Below are positions 1 to 9,621 of a stretch of DNA of 64,000 nt, piece by piece (positions within the stretch are counted from its first letter, which is position 1; each line of letters opens with the position of its first letter). The notes under the pieces are model-generated. The model saw nothing but the letters and a program-made list of their open reading frames with translations. It had not been told where the DNA came from and did not search any database. The translations under genes and the position numbers were made by a program. Source of the stretch: Acidobacteriota bacterium (GTDB lineage: Bacteria > Acidobacteriota > Thermoanaerobaculia > Gp7-AA8); the NCBI GenBank assembly GCA_019244185.1, contig JAFATB010000022.1, positions 224,001 to 288,000 on the forward strand. Reading direction: 5' to 3'.

Positions 1-189
1 ACCGAAGTCGTGGCCGTCGAGATCGCGAAGCTCGCCCTGCAGCCGGTGCTGCAGGATCATCCCGAGCTCGCGCAGGCGATCTCCGAGGAAGTGACGGCGC
101 GGCGCGGCGACCTCGACTCGCGGCGCAGCGAGGAGCCGGAGGCGCAGAGCAGCGTGCTGTCGCGCATCCGCGCGTACTTTGGACTCTGA
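1..189 (+). CDS. 3' end of a gene, probably an MscS-family channel with a C-terminal cyclic-nucleotide-binding domain (partial)
   Basis: Frame 1 is open from the window start: TEVVAVEIAKLALQPVLQDHPELAQAISEEV...VLSRIRAYFGL*. This resembles the ends of MscS-cNMP fusion proteins. Stop is 3 nt before the next ATG. Confidence 0.5.
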   Translation, partial: TEVVAVEIAKLALQPVLQDHPELAQAISEEVTARRGDLDSRRSEEPEAQSSVLSRIRAYFGL

Positions 190-192
190 CGC

Positions 193-1557
193 ATGAAACG
201 CATGCTCATCGTCGAGGACAAGGAATCGCTCGCGCACATGCTGCGCGAGGCGGTGGAGGCGGACGGCTTCGAAGCCGACGTCGCGCCGAACGGCTCGCAG
301 GCGCAATCGTGGCTCGCGGAAGGACGCCGCTACGTGGCTGTGCTGACGGATCTGCGGCTGCCCGGCGCCGACGGCATCGCCGTGCTGCGCCAGGCGAAGG
401 AAAGCGACCCGGAGCTGCCGGTGATCGTGATGACCGCGTACGGCACGATCGAGAACGCGGTCGAGGCGATGAAGCTCGGCGCGTACGACTTCATCCAGAA
501 GCCGATCGACGTCGATCATCTCTCGCTGCTCCTGCGCCGCTGCCGCGAGCATCGCGAGCTGCGCTTCGAAAATCTTTTGCTGAAAGACGAGTTCCAGAAG
601 CGCTACGGACTGCCCGCGATCGTCGGCGACTCGCGTCCGATCGTCGAGGTGTCGCACGCCATCCAGCGCGTCGCACCGACCGATTCCACCGTGCTCCTGC
701 AAGGCGAGTCGGGCACGGGCAAGGAGCTCTTCGCGCGCGCGATTCACCAGCTCTCGCCGCGCCGCGACCGCCCGTTCGTCGCCATCAACTGCGCGGCCAT
801 TCCTGACACGCTCATCGAGAACGAGCTGTTCGGCCACGAGAAGGGCGCGTTCACCGGCGCGACCGCGCGACAGCTCGGCAAGTTCGAGCTCGCCGACAGC
901 GGAACGATCTTTCTCGACGAGATCGGCGAGCTGGGATTCGGCGTGCAGTCGAAGATCCTGCGCGTGCTGCAGGAGCGCCGCTTCGAGCGCATCGGCGGCA
1001 CCGCTCCCATCGACGTCGACCTCCGCGTGATCTGCGCCACGAACCGCGACCTCGGCGAGGCCGTTCGCCGCAACACGTTCCGCGACGATCTCTACTTTCG
1101 CATCCACGTTTTTCCCGTGACCATCCCGCCGCTGCGCGCGCGCCGCGAGGACATCGACGCGCTGGTCGACTTCTTCCTGCAGCGCTTCGCGCGCGAGCTC
1201 GCGCGGCCCGGCCTGAAGATGACGGACGAGGCGCGCGCGCTGCTCCGCGCCTACGACTGGCCGGGCAACATCCGTGAGCTGCAGAACTGCATCGAGCGCG
1301 CGGCGATCCTCTGCGACCGCAACACGATCGAGCCGCGCGACATCAGCGTCTCCGCCGCGACGGGCGATCGCCTCCGCGACGCGCTCGATCTCTCCGGTAC
1401 GTTGTCCGACGCGGCCGAACGCGCGCTGCGTGCGGTGGAGCGCGTGAAGATCGCCGAGACGCTGGAACGCAGCGCGTCGCGCAACGAGGCGGCGGAGGCG
1501 CTTGGCATCAGCGCGCGACAGCTGGCGGCGAAACTCAAAGAGCTGGGCTTGGAATGA
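193..1557 (+). CDS. Sigma-54-dependent response regulator (NtrC/AtoC family: receiver, AAA+, Fis-type HTH)
   Basis: Receiver motif VLTDLRLPG, Walker A GESGTGKE, GAFTGA, FLDEIGE, WPGNIREL, C-terminal AAEALGIS HTH. Confidence 0.95.
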   Translation: MKRMLIVEDKESLAHMLREAVEADGFEADVAPNGSQAQSWLAEGRRYVAVLTDLRLPGADGIAVLRQAKESDPELPVIVMTAYGTIENAVEAMKLGAYDFIQKPIDVDHLSLLLRRCREHRELRFENLLLKDEFQKRYGLPAIVGDSRPIVEVSHAIQRVAPTDSTVLLQGESGTGKELFARAIHQLSPRRDRPFVAINCAAIPDTLIENELFGHEKGAFTGATARQLGKFELADSGTIFLDEIGELGFGVQSKILRVLQERRFERIGGTAPIDVDLRVICATNRDLGEAVRRNTFRDDLYFRIHVFPVTIPPLRARREDIDALVDFFLQRFARELARPGLKMTDEARALLRAYDWPGNIRELQNCIERAAILCDRNTIEPRDISVSAATGDRLRDALDLSGTLSDAAERALRAVERVKIAETLERSASRNEAAEALGISARQLAAKLKELGLE

Positions 1558-1778
1558 TCCCGACGTCGAAGGATGTGATCGCGTTTCTCAACGCGCGTCT
1601 CGCCGCGCGCGGGCTGCCGCATCGCGTCGACCAGATCGTCGTGCTGCCGTACGTGAATCCGATGTGGCTCGCGAACTGGGACGCGCCGCAACTGCACGAC
1701 GCGCCCGAGCGCGAGATCATCGAGGAAGAGCTGCGCGAGGCGCGCTGGCAGTATCCGCAGATCCTCGAGGAGTTCTGA
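1554..1778 (+). CDS. Small hypothetical protein (74 aa)
   Basis: ATGA overlap with the upstream stop, host-like codon usage, protein-like composition. Confidence 0.7.
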   Translation: MIPTSKDVIAFLNARLAARGLPHRVDQIVVLPYVNPMWLANWDAPQLHDAPEREIIEEELREARWQYPQILEEF

Positions 1779-3552
1779 ACGCGTAGACGGCGTCGCTGCC
1801 GAAGCGGCGCTCGAACGCAAGCCGCTGTACGAATGCGGCGACGGCGCCGCGCTCCTCCGGCGCGAGCTCGGCCTCGTGCACGATGACGGTGGTGCAGCCG
1901 TCGTTTGCGAGCGCGCGCGAGAACTCGTCGTCGAATGCGAGCGCGTCCTCCTTCTTCCGCAGAAACTCGTGCAGCGGCGACTCCCAGCCCGACGTGCCGT
2001 TGATGATCGGCACGCGGTGCAGCGTCGAGGCGAGCACGTAGCGGAAGGCCGCGCCGTTGCGCGTCATCGGCAGTTCGAGCACGACGCCCGGACGCGCGTC
2101 CGCGAGCCAGTGATAGACCGGCGGGAACTCGCGCGGCACGTGCTGCCAGCGGATGTGCGGGACGACTTCGACGAGCGCGACGAGGATCAGCGGGATGGCC
2201 AGACGTCGTCGTCGTTGCAGGAGTCGCGTCGCGCCGATCGCTGCCCAGACGGCGAGACCGACGTACGCGACGGCGGCCCAGCGCGCGGGCGTGCGCGTGG
2301 CGCGAAACGGCGGCAGTACGCGAAACAGAAACGGATGCAGAAACGCGTTCCAGCCGAGGGACGCGATGACGCCGATGGCGAGCCAGAGCGCGGCCGCGCG
2401 TTCTTCGACGCGGAAGCGCGAGACGCGCAACGCATCGCGTTGTCGATAGATCAGGAGCGCAACAGTGATCGTCGCTGGAACGTCCGAGCCGGTGAACGTG
2501 AGGTGGCCGAGGGTGATGCGGTCTTCGACGAGCGTGAGATACGTGGCGATCGCGAAGACGCCGATGGCGACGTCGAGTGCGAGCGGCGTGCGGCGTCGCG
2601 TCATGCGCGGCTGCGCGTCGCGTTCGCGCGAGACGAATGCATACGCTGCGAGAACGATCGCGAGCAGGCCGGGGAACAGCTCGCGTTCGTCGCGCTGCAA
2701 CTTCGGATCGACGATCTGTCCGTACGTCGCGTTGCGCGAGGAGGCGACCAGCCAGTCGGTCCAGGTCGCGGCGCCGAGGCGTGACTCGAAGGTCGTGCGG
2801 CGCTCGCCGTACGTGCTTGCCACGATTTGATACGGCACGAGGAACGGCAGCAGCACGAGACCGGCAATCGCGAGCGCGCCGAAAAGCCGCAGCCAGAACG
2901 CGCGGTCGCGGCGCGGCTCGAGCCACGCGAGATACGCGATCGTGGCCGCGAGCGCGAAGCCGCCGAAGAGCAGCCAGTAGATGTTGGTGAGGCCGTTCAT
3001 CGCGAACGCGGCGGCGAGCCACGCCGCGTGCTTCGTCGCGCGCGTGCGCCAGTAGACGAGCAGCGCCGCGAGCATCAGCGGCAGCCAGCCGCTCCAGACG
3101 ATCTGCACGTGCTGGATGTGCGAGATCGGGAAGGACGCAAACGCGAAGACGATCCCGGCAAGAAACGCCGCGGCGTCGTTGCCGGTGACGACGCGCGCGA
3201 GGACGTTCGCGGCGTAGCCGGAGAACGCGAAGCCGAGGAGCAGCGCGATGCCGTAGAGCGCGATCGCGTTCGCGCCGGCGAGATGAAACGGCAGCACGAA
3301 GAGCGCGATGCCGGTCATGTGCTCGCTGTACGCGAGCGGATAGATGCCGCCGTGGAAGATCGGCGCGTTGAACAGATGCAGCGGCTCGTGTGTGAGCGCG
3401 TGACAAACCCAGTCGAGCACCCACGCGATGAACAGCGGATCGCCGGGATCAGCGACGGTCGTCGACAGCTCGCGCACGAGCGGCCACGTCACCGCCACCG
3501 CGAGCGCGAGATAGCAGGCGAACAGCGCGAGCTCGCGCGCGAGTCGTTTCAT
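1717..3552 (-). CDS. Polytopic membrane protein, YfhO-like/GT-C-fold glycosyltransferase candidate
   Basis: True start MKRLARELA at 3552 (ATGA overlap with the upstream paralog). DPGDP after TM1, LAYSEH, ELFPG, RTPARW, INGTSG; many TM segments. Confidence 0.7.
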   Translation of the reverse strand: MKRLARELALFACYLALAVAVTWPLVRELSTTVADPGDPLFIAWVLDWVCHALTHEPLHLFNAPIFHGGIYPLAYSEHMTGIALFVLPFHLAGANAIALYGIALLLGFAFSGYAANVLARVVTGNDAAAFLAGIVFAFASFPISHIQHVQIVWSGWLPLMLAALLVYWRTRATKHAAWLAAAFAMNGLTNIYWLLFGGFALAATIAYLAWLEPRRDRAFWLRLFGALAIAGLVLLPFLVPYQIVASTYGERRTTFESRLGAATWTDWLVASSRNATYGQIVDPKLQRDERELFPGLLAIVLAAYAFVSRERDAQPRMTRRRTPLALDVAIGVFAIATYLTLVEDRITLGHLTFTGSDVPATITVALLIYRQRDALRVSRFRVEERAAALWLAIGVIASLGWNAFLHPFLFRVLPPFRATRTPARWAAVAYVGLAVWAAIGATRLLQRRRRLAIPLILVALVEVVPHIRWQHVPREFPPVYHWLADARPGVVLELPMTRNGAAFRYVLASTLHRVPIINGTSGWESPLHEFLRKKEDALAFDDEFSRALANDGCTTVIVHEAELAPEERGAVAAFVQRLAFERRFGSDAVYAFRTPRGSADTASAPRAALPR

Positions 3553-5855
3553 TCGAGATCCCAGTCGATCGGTACGTCTCTCGTGCGCATCACGCGATGC
3601 GCGGCGTCTTCGATCTCGACTTGAAACTGCGTCTGCCGCGGCACGTTGTCCGGCCGTCGCGGCAAGTCGACGACGAAGCCGGGTTTCGGCACGAAGTAGT
3701 ACCAGGTGTAAATCGCGCGCAGATCGGGACGTTCGACGAGCGTGGCGTCGACGCGCACTCGCGCGTTGTCGAGCAGCACGGTGACGCGGCGGAGGCCGTG
3801 CGGCGACAGCGCCCATCCGCGAATGTGCAGCGCCCCTCGGATGCCCTCATACGGTTGCGGCGTGTCGATGAAGGCCATGATCGCGTCGCTGTGCGTCGTC
3901 TCGCCGGCGAGCATGCGCGCGAGCCGCTCGTCGGGCATGTGCCCCGCGCCGTCGGGCACGCGCGGCTCGCGCAGCGGCGCGAAGTCGCGGAAGTTGCGCG
4001 TGACGGCGAAGACGTAGTCGCCGCCGATCTCGTGGTCGAAGCTGCGCAGGAAGGCGAGACGTCCGCTCGCGAGATTGCGCGCGAGCCACGCGCGCGGCGC
4101 GCCCTTCGGAAAGAGATGCGCGTGCACGACGATCAGGCGGCAGCCGTACGTCTCGAGCGTGCGCAGAAAGTCGTCGTCGTAGACGCCGGCGTCCGCTTTC
4201 GTGCGCAGCCGCGCGTGCACGGGATCGGAGAACGTCGAGATGCCGTTGAACTGCCGCAGATGGTGCGCGGTCGATCCGAGGAGGTAGCTGAACTCCGCGC
4301 CGTTGCCGCTCATCGGCAGCTCGATCAGCGGCGCGACCCGCGGTTGCGTGGCGAGCCAGCGGTAGACGGGCGCGATCGTTGGCACCGCGTGTTCCCATCG
4401 AATGACCGGCCAGAGATCGGCGACGCAGAGCGCGACGAGCAGCGCCGCCATGACACGGCGGCGCGCGCGACAGCGTTCGAGGATCGCGGCGGCGCCGATC
4501 GCCGACCAGACCGCGAGTCCCATGTACGCGACGATGGCCCAGCGCACGGACGCGCGCGTGGCGTGGAAGAGCGCGATGCGGCGGTAGAGAAACGCGTGAA
4601 AGAACGCGTTCATCCCGAGCGAGCCGAGGTAGCCGATCGCGATCCAGAGCGCCGCGGCCCACGCGTCAGCGGAGAAGCGCGAGCGTTGCGCCGCGGCGTG
4701 CAGCGCGGGCGCGAAGCGGAGCGCGAGCAACACGATGAGGATCACTGCGAACGATTCGGCGGTGTTGAACGAGAGAAGGCGGAACGAACCGATCGCCCAT
4801 TCGATGCGGTCGGTCACGATGCCGAGATAGGTGAGCGTCGCGAAGAGGAGGATCAGCGCGTCGAGCACGAACGTGCGGCGCGGTGCGCGCGGTGTCTGGT
4901 CCGGTTCGCGCGTGCGGCGCATTCCGGCGAACGCGCCGATGACGGCGAGCATGAGCGCGGCGAGTCCCGGGAAGAGCTGCTTTTCGTGCTGGTGCATCTC
5001 GGCGGCGCCGAGGTCGCCGTAGACGGCGCTGCGCGGGGTTGCGTAGAGCCAGTTCGACGGGATGCCGGAGCCGCCGATCGCTTCGCCTTCGCCGCGCGTC
5101 ATGTGGTACGCCTTCGACACGATGCGATACGGCAGCAGGAACGGAATCGTCGCGACGCAGCCGAGCGCGAGCGACAGGACGAGTCCGAGCCAGAAGCGAC
5201 GCTCGCGGCGCGGATCGGCGATCTGCAGCGCGGCGACCGTCAGCGCGAGCGTCACCAGCGCGAAGAGGAAGTAGTAGACGTTCGTGATCGCGGCGAGCAG
5301 CAGCGACGCGGCGATGCCGGCACCGTACGCGCGCGCGGGCTTGCGCCAGTACGCGAGCAGCGCCGCGAAGAGAAACGGCAGCGCCGCGCTCCAGACGATC
5401 TGCACGTGCGAGAGGTGATCGAACTTGTGCGGCACGAACGCGTAGATGACGCCGGCGATGAGCGCGGCGGGGGCGGAACGGGTGACGAGGCGCGCGAGGA
5501 CGAACGCGGCGTAGCCGGAGAGCGCGAAGCCGAGCAGCAGCGCGAGGTTGTAGACGGCGATCGGCGGCACGCCGGCGAGATGGAACGGCAGGACGGCGAT
5601 GGCCACGCCGATGAGGTTCTCGCTGAAGGCCAGCGTGAGGTGCGCGGGGTAGTAGATCGGCGACTCGTATAGATGCAGCGGCGCGTGCGTCAGCGCGTGG
5701 CAGACCCAGTCGATGGTCCACATGTTGATCATCGGGTCGCCGAGGTCGGGGAGGGCGGTGTTGAGTTGCCGGCCGAGCGGCCAGGTCATCCAGAGCGCGA
5801 CCGCGAGATAGAAGGCGAAGACGGCGAGCTCGCGCGGGACGCGCTTCGCCGTCAC
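3549..5855 (-). CDS. Polytopic membrane protein, YfhO-like/GT-C candidate with an extra C-terminal beta-rich domain
   Basis: Paralog of 1717-3552 (DLGDP, LAFSEN, QLFPG, FNGIS). C-terminal extension with IDTP..IRGWAL..PGF suggests an Ig-like domain. Confidence 0.7.
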   Translation of the reverse strand: MTAKRVPRELAVFAFYLAVALWMTWPLGRQLNTALPDLGDPMINMWTIDWVCHALTHAPLHLYESPIYYPAHLTLAFSENLIGVAIAVLPFHLAGVPPIAVYNLALLLGFALSGYAAFVLARLVTRSAPAALIAGVIYAFVPHKFDHLSHVQIVWSAALPFLFAALLAYWRKPARAYGAGIAASLLLAAITNVYYFLFALVTLALTVAALQIADPRRERRFWLGLVLSLALGCVATIPFLLPYRIVSKAYHMTRGEGEAIGGSGIPSNWLYATPRSAVYGDLGAAEMHQHEKQLFPGLAALMLAVIGAFAGMRRTREPDQTPRAPRRTFVLDALILLFATLTYLGIVTDRIEWAIGSFRLLSFNTAESFAVILIVLLALRFAPALHAAAQRSRFSADAWAAALWIAIGYLGSLGMNAFFHAFLYRRIALFHATRASVRWAIVAYMGLAVWSAIGAAAILERCRARRRVMAALLVALCVADLWPVIRWEHAVPTIAPVYRWLATQPRVAPLIELPMSGNGAEFSYLLGSTAHHLRQFNGISTFSDPVHARLRTKADAGVYDDDFLRTLETYGCRLIVVHAHLFPKGAPRAWLARNLASGRLAFLRSFDHEIGGDYVFAVTRNFRDFAPLREPRVPDGAGHMPDERLARMLAGETTHSDAIMAFIDTPQPYEGIRGALHIRGWALSPHGLRRVTVLLDNARVRVDATLVERPDLRAIYTWYYFVPKPGFVVDLPRRPDNVPRQTQFQVEIEDAAHRVMRTRDVPIDWDLE

Positions 5856-5859
5856 GAGG

Positions 5860-7521
5860 TCACTCCGCCGCCGCGGGCGGCTGGATGCCGAGCAGCGACG
5901 TCACGAAGCGCGCGATCTTCGTCTGCGCGATCGTGCCGAAGCTGCCGTGCGGCACGCCTGCCCCTGCGGCGAGGAGCACGGTGTGCAGTTCGGGATGCGT
6001 GTTGAGCGCGCCGTGGTTGCCGTTGCCGGGCGGCTTGCCGGTCGACGGCGCGTCGCGTCCCTCGTCGACGGCGACGTTCGGCTTGGCGATGGCGACGACG
6101 TCGCCGCTGTTGCGGTGCGACGACGCGTCTTTGACCGTCACCTGCTCGAAGAAGCCGCTGTCGGTCAACGTCTTGACCAGTTCGTCGCGGCGGTCCTCGC
6201 CGTAGAGCTCGGCGACATGTCCCGTCGCGAATGCGCGCCACGCGTCGAAGCCGTGCTCGGGAAGCCACGCGTTCATGTGCACGAGCGTGTCGAGATGCAT
6301 CAGGCCGTGATCGCCGACGACGACGAGCGCGTCGCGCGCGGGATCGAGTCGCGCGCGGATCGCGGCGAGCGCGTCGTCGGACAGATGAAACGCGAGGCCG
6401 ATGGCGCGGTCGCCGTCGGGCGTACCGAGGAACTGATGCGAGGCGGAGTCGATCTGCGGCTGATAGGCGAGGAGGAGATCGAACGGCATCCGCTCAATGG
6501 CGAGCGTCTGCACGCGCGTGAGGAAGGCGCTGAGGCGTTCCATCTGCTCGGCGATCGTCGTGACGTCGAGGCCCGCGTGCTCGTCGGGCGAGCCGGGCCA
6601 GAAGCCGATCTCGTCATCGAGCATCGTGCGGAACGATTCCGGATACGCGTCCGTGCGGCCGATCGCGCCCCAGTAGATCGTGACGTCGTGCAGCGCGGGA
6701 TCGGGGGCGAGGAGCTTCGACCACGAGCCGTACGTGCCGTCGGCGGTGCGTTGCGCGATCGCGAACCAGCCGCGCGCGTCGGGAGCCTGTTCGTGCTCGC
6801 CGCTCTCGATGAAGAACGTGTCGTAGTTCTCTGTGCGGTCGTCCGTCGAGTCGTACGCGACGAGGTCGACGTCCGCGCGCGCGTGCTGCGGCGCATTCCA
6901 GTCGAGGCGCGCGCGCAGTACGGGACTGAACGACGGATGGCGCGACGCGGTCGCGGTCCACGTGGGCGGCACCCACTCGCGATGAAAGTCGTCGCGCGTG
7001 AGATGCACGACTTGGCCTTTGGTCAAAGGCCGCGGCCACGCGACGCCAAAGTCTGCGGCGCGTCGCGGCGTACGCGCATCGACGGTCGGGAAGACCACCG
7101 CGCCGACGCGCTTGCCCTGACGCCGCGCTGCCTCGACGAGCGTCTCGACGTCGATGTCCGTCATCATCCCTTCGGCGACGGCGTCCGGCGGCGTGCCGGG
7201 AACGTGAAAGCGATTCGCGACGATGCCGTTTACCTGCGGCGATGCGCCGGTGAGGATCGCGACGTGCGCGCTCGACGTCTGCGTCGGATTGACTGGCACG
7301 ACGCGCGCGACCGCGCCGTCGCTCGCGAGCTGCGCGAACGCGGGAAGATCGGTGTGCGATGCGAGCGCGTCGGCGCCCATCCCGTCGAAGGAGACGAGCA
7401 CGACGCGTTGCGCGGTGGCGGTTGCCGTGAGCCGCGGTGTCTGCGGCGGCGCGGGTGCGACCTGTGGACGCGGCGCGCACGCAGCGAGCGCGACGACGAG
7501 AAGGAGCGTGCGGCGGTTCAC
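5860..7521 (-). CDS. Lipoprotein of the alkaline phosphatase superfamily (nucleotide pyrophosphatase/phosphodiesterase)
   Basis: GTG start at 7521 overlaps the upstream stop. Lipobox MNRRTLLLVVALAAC; motifs SFDG, PTQTSSAH, DSASH, GDHG, NHG. Confidence 0.85.
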   Translation of the reverse strand: MNRRTLLLVVALAACAPRPQVAPAPPQTPRLTATATAQRVVLVSFDGMGADALASHTDLPAFAQLASDGAVARVVPVNPTQTSSAHVAILTGASPQVNGIVANRFHVPGTPPDAVAEGMMTDIDVETLVEAARRQGKRVGAVVFPTVDARTPRRAADFGVAWPRPLTKGQVVHLTRDDFHREWVPPTWTATASRHPSFSPVLRARLDWNAPQHARADVDLVAYDSTDDRTENYDTFFIESGEHEQAPDARGWFAIAQRTADGTYGSWSKLLAPDPALHDVTIYWGAIGRTDAYPESFRTMLDDEIGFWPGSPDEHAGLDVTTIAEQMERLSAFLTRVQTLAIERMPFDLLLAYQPQIDSASHQFLGTPDGDRAIGLAFHLSDDALAAIRARLDPARDALVVVGDHGLMHLDTLVHMNAWLPEHGFDAWRAFATGHVAELYGEDRRDELVKTLTDSGFFEQVTVKDASSHRNSGDVVAIAKPNVAVDEGRDAPSTGKPPGNGNHGALNTHPELHTVLLAAGAGVPHGSFGTIAQTKIARFVTSLLGIQPPAAAE

Positions 7522-8900
7522 TTTTTCAGGCTCGCGAGCACTTTGTCGCGGTACTCCTTCGCCTTCGCGATGGCTTGTTTCTCGTCGACGGTCAGCACCG
7601 TGCCGTGGCGATAGAGGATGCGGCCGTCGACGATGGTCGTGACGACCGCGCTGCCGGAAGCCGCGTAGACAATCGCGGATTCGACGGAGTAGACGGGCTG
7701 CGTTTTCGCCTGCTGCAGATCGATGAGCACGACGTCGGCGCGCTTGCCCGGCTCGAGCGTGCCGATCTTGTCGGCGAGGCCGAGGACTTGCGCGCCGCCG
7801 ATGGTGGCGAGGCGCAGCACCTCGCGCGCGCTGATCGCTTTCGGATCGAGCTTCGACACTTTCTGCAGGCGCGCGGCGCTGGCCATCTCCTCGACCATGT
7901 CGAGGTTGTTGTTGGAGCCGGCGGGGCCGTCGGTGCCGAGGCCGACTTCCATGCCGGCGTGGATCATGTCGACGACCGGCGCGGCGCCGGAGGCGAGCAT
8001 CTCGTTCGACTCGGGGCAATGCGCGACGCCGGTCTTGCGCGACGCGAAGAGTTTCAGCTCGTCGGGCGTGAGCCAGACGCCGTGCGCGGCGATGACGTCG
8101 TCGCCGAGAAAGCCGAGCGAGTCGAGGTAGTTGCCGGGCGTCATGCCGTTGTGCGCGGCGGCGACCTGCTGCAGTTCGTTCTTCGTCTCGCTGACGTGGA
8201 TGAGGATCGGCACGCCGAGCTCGGTGGCGAGCGCGCGGACCTGTTTCAAGTGATCCGCGGAGACGGTGAACGGCGCGTGCGGCGCGAGCGCGGGCGTGAT
8301 CAGCGCATCGCCCTTCCACGTCTTCACGTACTGGCGGATGTAGGCGACGGCGGCGTCCCAGGTCTTGTTGTCGGGCGCGGGGAAGTCGATGAGCGTTTCG
8401 CCGAGGACGCCGCGGAGGCCGGCCGCTTTCGCCTCGCGCGCGATGTCGGACTCGTAGTAGTACATGTCGGCGAATGTCGTGGTGCCGGAGCGGATCATCT
8501 CCGCCGCGGCGAGGCGCGTGCCCCACTTCACAAAGTCGCGATCGACATTCTTCGCTTCTGCCGGAAAGATGAAGTTCTGCAGCCAGTCCATCAAATCGCG
8601 GTCGTCGGCGATGCCGCGGAAGAGCGTCATCGGCACGTGCGTGTGCGCGTTGACGAAGCCGGGCACGACGGCGTGGCCGCCGGCGCGGATGACGGTCTTC
8701 GCGGTGAACTGACGGTCGATTTCGGACGACGGTCCGACGGCGACGATGGCGCCGTTGGCGATGGCCACCGAGCCGTTCTCGATGTTCGGCCCGGCCATCG
8801 TCACGACGGTGCCGCCCGTGATGAGGATGTCGGCGTTGCGGGCGAGGAGCGGCAGCGCGAGGACGAGCGAAGCGAGGAGGAGCAGCAGGCGTCGCAGCAT
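7518..8900 (-). CDS. Amidohydrolase, MtaD-like (MTA/SAH deaminase family), with N-terminal signal peptide
   Basis: PGFVNAHTH, SGTTTFADMY, HVSET, HCPESN, GLGTDG, GTLEPGKRAD. Confidence 0.85.
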   Translation of the reverse strand: MLRRLLLLLASLVLALPLLARNADILITGGTVVTMAGPNIENGSVAIANGAIVAVGPSSEIDRQFTAKTVIRAGGHAVVPGFVNAHTHVPMTLFRGIADDRDLMDWLQNFIFPAEAKNVDRDFVKWGTRLAAAEMIRSGTTTFADMYYYESDIAREAKAAGLRGVLGETLIDFPAPDNKTWDAAVAYIRQYVKTWKGDALITPALAPHAPFTVSADHLKQVRALATELGVPILIHVSETKNELQQVAAAHNGMTPGNYLDSLGFLGDDVIAAHGVWLTPDELKLFASRKTGVAHCPESNEMLASGAAPVVDMIHAGMEVGLGTDGPAGSNNNLDMVEEMASAARLQKVSKLDPKAISAREVLRLATIGGAQVLGLADKIGTLEPGKRADVVLIDLQQAKTQPVYSVESAIVYAASGSAVVTTIVDGRILYRHGTVLTVDEKQAIAKAKEYRDKVLASLKK

Positions 8901-8908
8901 GGGCGGGA

Positions 8909-8916
8909 ACTATAAT
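8909..8916. promoter_or_regulatory. Overlapping divergent -10 elements: TATAAT on + (8911-8916) and TATAGT on - (8914-8909)
   Basis: 22-bp intergenic gap. The + hexamer is 6 nt before ATG 8923; the - hexamer is 8 nt before ATG 8900. Confidence 0.6.
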
Positions 8917-8922
8917 GGAGAC

Positions 8923-9492
8923 ATGGCCGCGCGATTACGCGAGCACGCCACGTACGACGACCTGCTGCAGGTGCCGGACACGATGGTGGCGGAGCTGATC
9001 GAGGGGGAGTTGTTCGCGTCGCCGCGGCCCGGGTGGGCGCACGCGCGGGCGTCGTCGCGTCTCGGGATGATCCTCGGCACTCCGTTTGATCTCGGCGACA
9101 ACGGTCCCGGCGGTTGGTGGATCATCGATGAGCCGGAACTCCACTTCAGGCATAACGTGGTCGTGCCCGATCTTGCTGGATGGCGGCGCGAGCACATGCC
9201 GGTGCCGCCGAAGAATCACATCTTCAACGTGGTGCCGGATTGGATCTGCGAGGTCACCTCACCTTCAAACGGCCGGCTCGACCGGCTCAAGAAATTGCCG
9301 CTCTACGCGCGCGAAGGCGTCGCATACGCGTGGCTCATTGATCCTGAGCAGCAGGTTCTCGAAGTGCACCGGAACGAGGATGGCCACTGGGCGTCCGACG
9401 CGACATACGGTGAGAACCAGGTTGTTCGCGCCAATCCCTTCTCTGAAATCGAGATTGACCTCAGCCGCCTCTGGGGCCCGCCACCCGCCTAA
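8923..9492 (+). CDS. Uma2 family (DUF820) PD-(D/E)XK putative endonuclease
   Basis: ATYDDL, ELIEGEL, PRP..H, VPDLAGWR, PDWICEVTSPS, DR..KL..YA..GV..AWLIDP. Confidence 0.9.
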   Translation: MAARLREHATYDDLLQVPDTMVAELIEGELFASPRPGWAHARASSRLGMILGTPFDLGDNGPGGWWIIDEPELHFRHNVVVPDLAGWRREHMPVPPKNHIFNVVPDWICEVTSPSNGRLDRLKKLPLYAREGVAYAWLIDPEQQVLEVHRNEDGHWASDATYGENQVVRANPFSEIEIDLSRLWGPPPA

Positions 9493-9621
9493 GCCCGCCC
9501 ACCCCACGTGTATCCGCCCTGACCAACCTTCCCTGCAGCAGCACGTGCAACTAGGCTATGCCCTTAGCGCAGCCGGCCGAGCCGGCGCGCAGCTGGCCGG
9601 GGCGGCTACAATCCCGCGACT

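Noticed and set aside
9493-9621. T-box or other leader RNA upstream of tyrS
   Set aside because: No T-box consensus or terminator, and a -10 hexamer sits 9 nt before the ATG, leaving no room for a leader
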